Shown here: piece after piece, positions 55,740-64,000 of the stretch | Layout: every line of letters starts with the position of its first letter | How positions within the stretch are numbered: position 1 is the stretch's first letter | IMG/VR virus record: IMGVR_UViG_3300021962_000040 | Location: 1 to 64,000 of that record | Direction: 5' to 3' (one strand) | DNA from: a virus | Length of the DNA: 64,000 nucleotides | Position numbers and translations under genes: made by a program | The notes under the pieces: generated by a model | Databases searched by the model: none | What the model saw: the letters and a program-made list of their open reading frames with translations, nothing else | Told to the model about the DNA's origin: nothing

Positions 55740-58700
55740 ATGGCACAACAACAGTATTCAAACTCCTCTTCTATAGAGACCAATACTTTTGCAAAAGGTA
55801 TGGTGAAGGATTTATATGCTTCATTACAACCTAAAGAAAACTGGTCTCATGCTAGAAATGCATATAATAACTCAGTAGATGGGGATGCTGGTGTCATTGG
55901 TAATGAGCCGGCAAACTTGCAATGTGGAATTGTTCCATATACAATTATTGGATTTATACATAAAAGAGCAGATCAATGGTATGTATTTTCAACAGATGAC
56001 ATCAATTCAGAAATTGGATTTTATGATGAAAGTACCTGTAGTTATACAACTATTGTAAATGATCCTTGCTTAAACTTTAATAGAAAGTTCTTAATTACAG
56101 GTGCTTCAAAAGAGAACTATGATTGCACTTGGCAGATTTACTGGGATGATTCTAACAATCCGTCAAGAACTTTGAATGTTGATGAAATTCCTTGGGTACA
56201 AACCATAGTAAGTGCACCCGGCTCTGATTGTATTATTTATCAAGATACAGCAGTACTTGATTGTGAAAAACTAAGATTAGCTCCACTAGTTAATACACCT
56301 TGTTTAAACTTAACAAAAGCTCTTGATGGTGGTTTGTTAAGAAATGGTACATATCAAGCATTTATTGCTTATATGGAAAATGATGTTGTTGTTACAGACT
56401 ATATTGGTATTTCTAATCTTCAGAGCTTATTCAATCATGATAACAATGCTGGATCTTTAAACATAGAAATAACTAATCTTGATAAAGACTATGAGTTCTT
56501 CCAACTTGTTATTCTTAGTAACAATCAACAAAACATTGTTGCAAAGATAATTGGAAGCTATAGCACAGAGCAATCTAATATTAGCATTGATTATATTGAT
56601 CCGGCAACATTAAGTCTTGACTTTACAGTTTTATTTGCTAGAAAGCCTGCCTATGAAAAATCAGATGCAATGTATGTTGTAAATGATTATTTGATTAGAC
56701 AGGGTCCTACAGAACAATTTGATTTTAATTATCAACCAATTGCAAATCAGATTAAAACTAACTGGGTTGTTGCTGAATATCCATCTACATACTATTATAA
56801 AGGTGGTAATAAAACAGGTTTCTTAAGAGATGAGGTTTACTCATTCTTTATTAGATGGATCTATAATACAGGTGAAAGAAGTAAATCATATCACATTCCC
56901 GGTAGACCTCCTAAACTTGCAGGTGAAAACCAGTATGGTGAAGTAGTAAATGAAACAGCTCAATCAAACGGTATTAACTCCCTTAATGGGCCAAACTATA
57001 ACTTTGAGGTATTTGATACGTCAACTGTTACATCATTAGCACCTTTACCGTTAACTGATGGTGGTGTTATTTTAGGTAGGGGTGAGATGGGTTATTGGCA
57101 GTCTACTGAACAATACCCTGCTACTAAACCAGAAATATGGAATGCAACTTATGTAGATCCTACAAATGGCGTGAACATTGGTGCTACGTCAAATCAACAG
57201 TTTGATCTTTGTGGTAAAAAGATTAGACATCATAAGATGCCTACAGAAGAAAAAAATTCAATTCTTCAGATCTATAGTACTACATCAGATGCTGTTAGAA
57301 TCTTAGGAGTTGAGTTTACAAATATTGGCAAACCTAAATTTAATGATGGAACATATATTCCTAACATTGTAGGTTATGAAATTTTAAGAGGATCAAGAGA
57401 AGGTGCTAAATCTGTTTTAGCAAAAGGTATATTTAGGAACATGCGTAAGTATACAATTCCAAATAATACCACCACTCTTCAAGGTCTTTATCCAAACTAC
57501 CCATATAATGACTTAACACCTGACATCTATTTTCATGATGGTGCAAATGGTAGTGGTCCTGGTAAAATGACAGATGGTTGTGATAACTTAACAGATTCAA
57601 TAAACAATCATGCTCCATTAACCGGATATGCTCAGAATGTATTTACATTTCACTCTCCTGAGTTGATGTTTAAAAGACCATATCTTAACTCTTATGAAGC
57701 AAGATTATATGGTGAACTTAATGGCACATCTATTGGATACTTTATCAAATCAGAACAACACCCTCAGTATAAATTATTGAGAAACGTTGCTGCATTACTA
57801 TCAGGTATTATAGGTGTTGGTTATGCTATTAATGCTATTCAGGGTATTAGAAAGAATAAAATTAATTATGCTATACCAACTTGGGAAGCTGGTAATGCTG
57901 ATAGCTGGTTTGTAGCTGGATTTACTAATGGTACTACATCAGTTAACCAAGGTATAAACGTTGGTATAGCGGCTGCAGCACTTGCCGGAACTAGTGGTAA
58001 TGCTCTTGCTGAAATTTTATCAGATGATGGTTATGCTGTAGGTTCTTTATTTGGAGGAACAGGTGTTAGACAACTTGCAAATATTCAACAAGGTGTTGTT
58101 CAATCAGCATTTGGTTTAACTCCATTAATTAGAGGTGGTTCTGCGGAAAAGGAATTTGAACTTAGAGATGAAGCTGGTGGAATGCCTTCTGTTCTTCAAG
58201 TATTTATCAGCTGGTTAACTGCTAGACAAAAAATTGCAGAAGGTGCTCAAAAGATTATTGATGTAATTTACAATTTTGTTCAGCCTTCTGATTTTGCTTT
58301 GAAGCATAATTCACATGCTGATATATTTAATTACTCTCCAACTATTAATGGAAATAGATATAGATCAATAGTTAGAGAACAGAATTATATTGGATCCGCT
58401 TTTCAAGTGTTTGATGGTCAATATAAAATTAACAACTTATTTAGACCAAGAACTGCAGCTATTGCAATTACAGATACATTTAATGATCCTCAAGTAAAAG
58501 ATACCTCAAGATATGTTGTAGGTGGTGGTTACAATAGTGCTGGTACTGGTATTAATACAAGTTACAACTATTTAGAATCCCCTGGTGTACCTAGAGCAAG
58601 GAGTGTATCAATGCATTACGGTGCTTTGAAGTTTAATTTTCAAAATCAATATGGACAAATAGACGGTATCAAGCAAGTGGTGATGAGAGGTTGTGTTAAC

Positions 58701-61700
58701 TTTGTTGATCCAAAAAAACCAGATGCCTTTAAATATTCCAGTGATTCTTTATTTGCCGGAGATACATACATTGGTAGATATACTGAAAAAGTTATCATGC
58801 CAATCTTTAGTGATTTCTTATATGGTCAACCTGATGGATATACTTATGACTATTTAAAAAGGGTTAATATCCCTTATCCAAGATTCTGGATGAATACTCA
58901 AAAGTATGATACTACAGATTTGGCCAATGAGATTATGACATTAGGTTTAGCAAATACACAACAAGCTTTACCTAATGACCTTTACTATTTAGACAGAGGT
59001 GATAGTTGTAGCACATTTGCTACAATGTTTGGAGCTTCAGATCCTAACCCAGCATTTGCAATGAGATATGCATACATGTATACTCATTGTAATGGTGTTT
59101 TGGATTTCTTTGTAGAATCAGAATTGAATATTGTACAAAGAGACTGGGAAGATAGAAGAAAGGATAGACATTATGATGCCTATGAATACAATGATGTAGA
59201 TGAGTTATTCCATGCAGATATTATCAAAGAAGATAACTTCTACAAATATGATTACTCTTTAAGTGCTAGTAGATTTATCACTAACCTAACATCATACGGT
59301 GAAGTACAAACAAGAGATTATGATCCTCATGAAGCAGAGACTTGTTTTGATTACTATCCAAATAGATTAATCTATTCTTTACAATCTCAAGAAGAAGCCA
59401 AGAAAGATTTCTGGAGAGTATTCTTACCAAACAACTACAAGGAGTTTAAGGATAAGGTGAGCGTAATTAAACCAATGAGTAAAAATGGTGCAATCATATT
59501 CTTCCCTTATATGTCACCACAATTGTTCCAAGGTGTAGATACACTTGAAACAGATCTTGGTACTAAGCTTACAATTGGAGACGGTGGTTTATTTAGCCAA
59601 CCATTCCAGAATGTTGCAAATTCTGATTTACCAAATGAATATGGATCTTGTGAAAGTGCAAGAACTGTTGTTAATACTCCTCTTGGTTTATTCTATTTAT
59701 CACAAGCTCAAGGTAAGGTTTTCCAATTTACAGGTAGCTTAGAGAACATTGCAAACCGTGGAATGAAGTGGTGGTTTAATAAGTATTTACCATCTGTTTT
59801 AATTAGAGAGTTTCCTGAATTAGAAGGTACTCCTTTAGCAGATAATCCTGTTATTGGTGTTGGTTGTCAAGCTGTATATGATATCAATGATGACATTGTA
59901 TACTTCTGTAAAAAGGACTTTAGTGTTAAACCACAATACAAAGCTGGTATGACATTTAATCCTGTGACTAATACTTTCACTTATGTGTATCCATCAGGAC
60001 TTCAAATTCCAGTTACACTTGGAGATAAGTTTTTCTTTGATGATGCTTGCTGGACTGTATCATATGATCCAAAAGCAAAAGCTTGGATATCTTTTCATGA
60101 CTGGTGTCCTGAATTAACTATACCAAGTATAAATCACTTCTTAACAACTAAGACAGTTGATCTTGAAGAACCTTATTGTCCTCCTGGATATAGTTATAAT
60201 CCAAACACTCAACAGTGTGAAAGAGCTTTTAGTGAATCTGCACCAGCTGTTGTTACCGTTCAGGAATTAGAAGCAATCATAACAGGCGGTCCTCAAAACT
60301 GTTTGTTTGACGTAATACTTGCAGTTGATACATCCGGAAGTACGGGTGGATCTTCTGGATCAATTGGTCAGGCTGAAAGAACTTTTGTTACTGAGTTTAT
60401 CAATAATCCAAATATTCAAAGTGGTTTAGCTTTAGGAAATATTCAAATCGGCATTACTTCATGGGCCAGTACTAATCAAAATATTAGTATGTCACCAAAT
60501 GGATTCTCAATGAGCAATACTTTAACAGCTGCTCAAGTTGATGCGTGGTATGTAGCTAACTGGTACAATGGTGGTACTTCTGTTGCATCTGCAATGGTAT
60601 TTGCTCAGAATATTTTGAATAACAAGGTTGGTTCACAACTTGGTGATAGAACAGCTCTTGCAAACTTTAAACAGTATCTTGTAATTATTACAGATACTAC
60701 AGCACCACCTCCAGCAAATACAGGATGTGCATATCAATCTAATACATTAGGTGGATCCAGTACAGGTCCTGCTAATCAGTTTGTAATGGCTGTGTTTGCC
60801 GGAGCTACAAGCCCTACTCCACCAAACCCTGGTACATTAAGTAATATTAGCTGTAACCAACCTTCTTATGAGTTTGGTGTAGCTGGTAATGATTTGCCTG
60901 GTATTGCAGCTGTTGTTGATAGTGTATTTGCACAAGCTTGTGGTGGCGGTTATCAATGTAATTGTCCAACAGGATATACTTTAGTTTATCCAAATACTAC
61001 AACTACTCCAATACACTGGACTCAATCAACAGGTACATGTGCACCAAATGGTGGTGATAGTTATGCTCCTATTTGTAGAAGGGTAACTTGTGCATGTCCT
61101 CCACCTCCTGCAGTTTGGGCTACAACAACTCAAACAGGTCAGTGTGATAACTTGTATTTAGCTGGACCAAATGGCGATCCTAATTATGTTAACCAGACTC
61201 CATTGACATGTAATTATATTGGTTTAGAAACTACACCAGCAAGTAATAAGTCTGGTAGTATCTGGAGACATAATTACCGTTGTGATTTGTACTCTAACTA
61301 TTATGGTCAAGATTACCCATGGGAAGTTGAATTAATTGAGAATACAGGTCAAATTGTAAATACAATTAGAAGTGTTGAGTATCAATTAGAATCCTATGTT
61401 TACAAAGGAGATCTTTATCATGGTTGTGGAGATGATAGATGGCATGATCTAGACTTTAACTTTGATGAGGCTATTCTTTACAATACTGAACAAGTGTCTG
61501 GATTACTTACATTAGAACTTAATCCAAAGGAAAACCCTTATAATATTCTTCAGTATCCTATTGTAGGAGCTAATGATATCAAAATACTTTATTCAAAAGA
61601 AGAACAGAAGTATAGATTTAATCAGTTCTGGGATGTCACAAAAGATAGAGGAGAGTTTTCAAATGCTGAGCAAGAAATCTTTATAACAAGATTGAATGGT

Positions 61701-61868
61701 TATATCAGAGATCTGAATGCAGCTAACCTTAACTACCAGAAAGCTGAAGACCAAAGAAAGAAGTTTAGACACTATTACAATAAACTTATCTTAAGAAGAA
61801 AAGTATCTGGTGATAGAAAAATGCTTCTCAAACTTAATAATACTAAATTAGTTTTATCTCTTAGATAA
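55740..61868 (+). CDS. tail stabilisation (muzzle) protein with vWA/Cys-rich insertion
   Basis: 2042 aa; GFLRDEVYSF.I, HIPGR, IRHHKMP, GDTYIGRY, WTVSYDP....WISFHDW.P typical of crAss muzzle proteins. Confidence 0.8.
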   Translation: MAQQQYSNSSSIETNTFAKGMVKDLYASLQPKENWSHARNAYNNSVDGDAGVIGNEPANLQCGIVPYTIIGFIHKRADQWYVFSTDDINSEIGFYDESTCSYTTIVNDPCLNFNRKFLITGASKENYDCTWQIYWDDSNNPSRTLNVDEIPWVQTIVSAPGSDCIIYQDTAVLDCEKLRLAPLVNTPCLNLTKALDGGLLRNGTYQAFIAYMENDVVVTDYIGISNLQSLFNHDNNAGSLNIEITNLDKDYEFFQLVILSNNQQNIVAKIIGSYSTEQSNISIDYIDPATLSLDFTVLFARKPAYEKSDAMYVVNDYLIRQGPTEQFDFNYQPIANQIKTNWVVAEYPSTYYYKGGNKTGFLRDEVYSFFIRWIYNTGERSKSYHIPGRPPKLAGENQYGEVVNETAQSNGINSLNGPNYNFEVFDTSTVTSLAPLPLTDGGVILGRGEMGYWQSTEQYPATKPEIWNATYVDPTNGVNIGATSNQQFDLCGKKIRHHKMPTEEKNSILQIYSTTSDAVRILGVEFTNIGKPKFNDGTYIPNIVGYEILRGSREGAKSVLAKGIFRNMRKYTIPNNTTTLQGLYPNYPYNDLTPDIYFHDGANGSGPGKMTDGCDNLTDSINNHAPLTGYAQNVFTFHSPELMFKRPYLNSYEARLYGELNGTSIGYFIKSEQHPQYKLLRNVAALLSGIIGVGYAINAIQGIRKNKINYAIPTWEAGNADSWFVAGFTNGTTSVNQGINVGIAAAALAGTSGNALAEILSDDGYAVGSLFGGTGVRQLANIQQGVVQSAFGLTPLIRGGSAEKEFELRDEAGGMPSVLQVFISWLTARQKIAEGAQKIIDVIYNFVQPSDFALKHNSHADIFNYSPTINGNRYRSIVREQNYIGSAFQVFDGQYKINNLFRPRTAAIAITDTFNDPQVKDTSRYVVGGGYNSAGTGINTSYNYLESPGVPRARSVSMHYGALKFNFQNQYGQIDGIKQVVMRGCVNFVDPKKPDAFKYSSDSLFAGDTYIGRYTEKVIMPIFSDFLYGQPDGYTYDYLKRVNIPYPRFWMNTQKYDTTDLANEIMTLGLANTQQALPNDLYYLDRGDSCSTFATMFGASDPNPAFAMRYAYMYTHCNGVLDFFVESELNIVQRDWEDRRKDRHYDAYEYNDVDELFHADIIKEDNFYKYDYSLSASRFITNLTSYGEVQTRDYDPHEAETCFDYYPNRLIYSLQSQEEAKKDFWRVFLPNNYKEFKDKVSVIKPMSKNGAIIFFPYMSPQLFQGVDTLETDLGTKLTIGDGGLFSQPFQNVANSDLPNEYGSCESARTVVNTPLGLFYLSQAQGKVFQFTGSLENIANRGMKWWFNKYLPSVLIREFPELEGTPLADNPVIGVGCQAVYDINDDIVYFCKKDFSVKPQYKAGMTFNPVTNTFTYVYPSGLQIPVTLGDKFFFDDACWTVSYDPKAKAWISFHDWCPELTIPSINHFLTTKTVDLEEPYCPPGYSYNPNTQQCERAFSESAPAVVTVQELEAIITGGPQNCLFDVILAVDTSGSTGGSSGSIGQAERTFVTEFINNPNIQSGLALGNIQIGITSWASTNQNISMSPNGFSMSNTLTAAQVDAWYVANWYNGGTSVASAMVFAQNILNNKVGSQLGDRTALANFKQYLVIITDTTAPPPANTGCAYQSNTLGGSSTGPANQFVMAVFAGATSPTPPNPGTLSNISCNQPSYEFGVAGNDLPGIAAVVDSVFAQACGGGYQCNCPTGYTLVYPNTTTTPIHWTQSTGTCAPNGGDSYAPICRRVTCACPPPPAVWATTTQTGQCDNLYLAGPNGDPNYVNQTPLTCNYIGLETTPASNKSGSIWRHNYRCDLYSNYYGQDYPWEVELIENTGQIVNTIRSVEYQLESYVYKGDLYHGCGDDRWHDLDFNFDEAILYNTEQVSGLLTLELNPKENPYNILQYPIVGANDIKILYSKEEQKYRFNQFWDVTKDRGEFSNAEQEIFITRLNGYIRDLNAANLNYQKAEDQRKKFRHYYNKLILRRKVSGDRKMLLKLNNTKLVLSLR

Positions 61869-63508
61869 TGAAAGGCAAACTTGATTACATACATAGAAGA
61901 GGCTTACCCGGAGGACCTAATGAACAGTTTACTTATGTAACTGGAGTGTTCTCTGTGGATGGCTATAGAAATGATTCTCCAGATGTAAATAATTCTTTTA
62001 ATGTTATTCCTTCAGGTAGAATTACTATGAAAGAAAAGGATGGGCAACCTTTGAAAAAAGGACCCATTCTTGGTATTGATAATCTAGGTAATCAACAAAT
62101 GATGATGCCTGGAGGAGAATATCAGTTTCCTGGTAATCAGGTATTTGAACTACCTCTTAAAAAAGAAGGTGGTGCATTACTAGACAAAACTATTAAATGT
62201 TCTGGTTGTGGTTGGGAATGGAAAGCTGTTGATGGTGGTTCTGATATTATGGACTGTCATAAGTGTGGTGGTGAAGGATTGGTTAAAGCACAAGACGGTA
62301 TTGAAGTAGATGAAGAAGATGATGATAGAGAAATGGTTGAAGGTATTGCTAATATCTTAAGACAAGTAAAAAGTGTTAAGAATAGAAAGCAGATTGCTGA
62401 CAATATGGTTGAAGACTTTGAAGAAGAAGATGTAGATTATAATCTTCAAGAGTTTTTAAAAATGTCTAGAGTAATGAAAGAGGGAGGGGATCTAAGAAAA
62501 GCTCAGATGGGTTATATGATGCCTCCTATAGGTTTTGGTATGATGAATACCGTTTCAAATTTATATGATTATTTTTTTGGTAATGATCCAAAAGCCAATA
62601 CTTCATCTGGTAAAACACCTGTAACAGAAAAAGAAAAATTAGAGTATAAGCAATTATTTGCTGATTATAATGCTAAGAAAAAAGAGTTTGATGTTCAGAG
62701 AAGAACTAATGATAATATTTTAGGTATTGATAATTCAAAAAATATTTCTTTATCATCTGGTAGATTTCAAGGAGCCAGTGTTTCTCCTCAAGTTGTAAAT
62801 GAAGCTGTAAGTGCCGCTAAGTCACAAGGTGTTGATCCATGGTTAATGCTATCTGTAATAGGTAGAGAATCTACATTTGGTAGTGGAGCGGCTGGTAATT
62901 TAAAACGTGCTGGTGACAAAAGCAGATTAGTTTCTGGTTGGGATGTTGCTGAAAACTATCAACCTTATGAACCTTTGAGATACCTTGCCGATAAAAAGGT
63001 TCCTGGAATTGAAGTTAAAAAAGATAACCATGGTTGGCATTATGATATAGAAGATAGACAAGCTCTAAACAACTATATTAAACAACACCCGGAATTAGTA
63101 GAACAATATAGAGAAAAGATTGAGGCTACTCCTGAACTAGGTAAATTAGATAGTTTTGATTTAGCTGCAAAGTTTCTCAAAGAAAAAGGTCTTGCAAGAT
63201 ATAATCCGGGAGATCCAGATTATTCTTCAATGGTTAGGCAAGATATGAAAACCTTAAAGTCTGACCCAAAGTTAAGATCATATATGAGAACACTTGGATA
63301 TGAAGAAGGTGGTGAACTTGACAAATATCCAGATGGTGGTGAATTAGAACAATATAAAAAATATATTAATGGTGAGTATGAAAATACACCTGAAGAATTA
63401 GAGGCTGAAAAGATATATGATAAACTAAATAGAGTTTATTATAAGGCGGCTAAAGATGCAGGAATGAGTGCACCTAATTATATTATGAGCACACTACTTA
63501 CACTTTAA
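61868..63508 (+). CDS. putative ejected (cargo) protein with Zn ribbon and lytic transglycosylase-like segment
   Basis: ITM....GIDNLG..QMM.PG.EY.FPG N-terminus, CSGC...CHKC, GVDPWLMLSVIGRES, repeated xxGG motifs. Confidence 0.65.
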   Translation: MKGKLDYIHRRGLPGGPNEQFTYVTGVFSVDGYRNDSPDVNNSFNVIPSGRITMKEKDGQPLKKGPILGIDNLGNQQMMMPGGEYQFPGNQVFELPLKKEGGALLDKTIKCSGCGWEWKAVDGGSDIMDCHKCGGEGLVKAQDGIEVDEEDDDREMVEGIANILRQVKSVKNRKQIADNMVEDFEEEDVDYNLQEFLKMSRVMKEGGDLRKAQMGYMMPPIGFGMMNTVSNLYDYFFGNDPKANTSSGKTPVTEKEKLEYKQLFADYNAKKKEFDVQRRTNDNILGIDNSKNISLSSGRFQGASVSPQVVNEAVSAAKSQGVDPWLMLSVIGRESTFGSGAAGNLKRAGDKSRLVSGWDVAENYQPYEPLRYLADKKVPGIEVKKDNHGWHYDIEDRQALNNYIKQHPELVEQYREKIEATPELGKLDSFDLAAKFLKEKGLARYNPGDPDYSSMVRQDMKTLKSDPKLRSYMRTLGYEEGGELDKYPDGGELEQYKKYINGEYENTPEELEAEKIYDKLNRVYYKAAKDAGMSAPNYIMSTLLTL

Positions 63509-63554
63509 TAATTAGTAAAAGTGGTTATTTATTTGTATATTAATAGTATATAAT

Positions 63555-64000
63555 ATGGGAATGAGATATTTAAATCAAAAAAGTTTAAAGTATATGCAAG
63601 ATGGTGGAGCTGCTGCACCAGCACAAGAGGTATCTCTTTCCCAGCAAGTTGCATCTATGTTGCAATCTGGTGCAGATCCTAGAAGTGTTGCTCAACAACT
63701 ATTGTCAAGTGGTGTAGATGAAGCGGACATTAAAGAGATCTTTATGGATCTTGGAATGGCTCCTAGTGATGTTGATGCTTTATTTCAATCAGAAGAAGAA
63801 GTTCAACAAGAGTTAGATCAAGCATTGGCTGAAGCTCAAGCTGAAGAATCAGCAGCAGAACCAGCTGATCAACCTGAACCTGCAGATACTGAAGTGGAAT
63901 TTGGTGCATTTGGTAATTCAATGCCAGAGGCTCAGTTTGGTTTAGAGACACCGTTGGCACCAACAATAAATCAATACTTTGGTGGTATTGCTAGACAAAA
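63555..64000 (+). CDS. putative cargo protein, partial
   Basis: Manual translation MGMRYLNQKSLKYMQDGGAAAP...; appears open to the window end; promoter-like motif at 63532. Confidence 0.7.
   Translation, partial: MGMRYLNQKSLKYMQDGGAAAPAQEVSLSQQVASMLQSGADPRSVAQQLLSSGVDEADIKEIFMDLGMAPSDVDALFQSEEEVQQELDQALAEAQAEESAAEPADQPEPADTEVEFGAFGNSMPEAQFGLETPLAPTINQYFGGIARQ

Noticed and set aside
429-63966. Many short antisense or nested ORFs in the track (e.g. 429..710, 889..1212, 16597..17079, 21234..21509, 31485..31928, 40027..40269, 63763..63966)
   Set aside because: Shadow frames of well-supported genes with no independent signals.
1-64000. Stop-codon reassignment as in some crAss-like phages
   Set aside because: Long genes are intact in code 11, TAA/TAG/TGA all end genes, and no suppressor tRNA was seen.

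Overview
The window is a 64-kb internal segment of an AT-rich crAss-like (Crassvirales-type) tailed phage that probably infects a Bacteroidota host, judged by TAnnTTTG promoters and A-rich leaders without Shine-Dalgarno sequences. It uses the standard genetic code. The left arm (1-21433, mostly minus strand) holds replication and accessory genes: MoxR-like AAA+ with a vWA/metallopeptidase partner, RusA-like resolvase, primase, SSB-like protein, AAA_24 ATPase, DnaB, UDG, SF2 helicase, HNH, many micro-ORFs, tRNA-Leu(UAA) and tRNA-Arg(UCU). The right arm (21624-64000, plus strand) holds amidase, nuclease, GroES, TerL, portal, scaffold, major capsid, ring and auxiliary capsid proteins, tail fibres, Cys-rich proteins, the muzzle/stabilisation protein and the start of the cargo genes. 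The most striking unexplained signal is an RNA layer. (i) A ~950-nt densely hairpinned non-coding region (20532->19573) ends in a twister ribozyme that matches the consensus. (ii) A ~210-nt closed multibranch RNA just 3' of tRNA-Leu shares a helix and motif with it. (iii) A terminator-ended hairpin at 52274-52344 has a 12-nt loop exactly complementary to the AAAACCAACAAA-type leader found before about ten phage start codons. (iv) Three replication genes share an M[FI]STKN start, near-identical at DNA level in two of them. All family calls come from reading motifs by eye; no database search or folding program was run.
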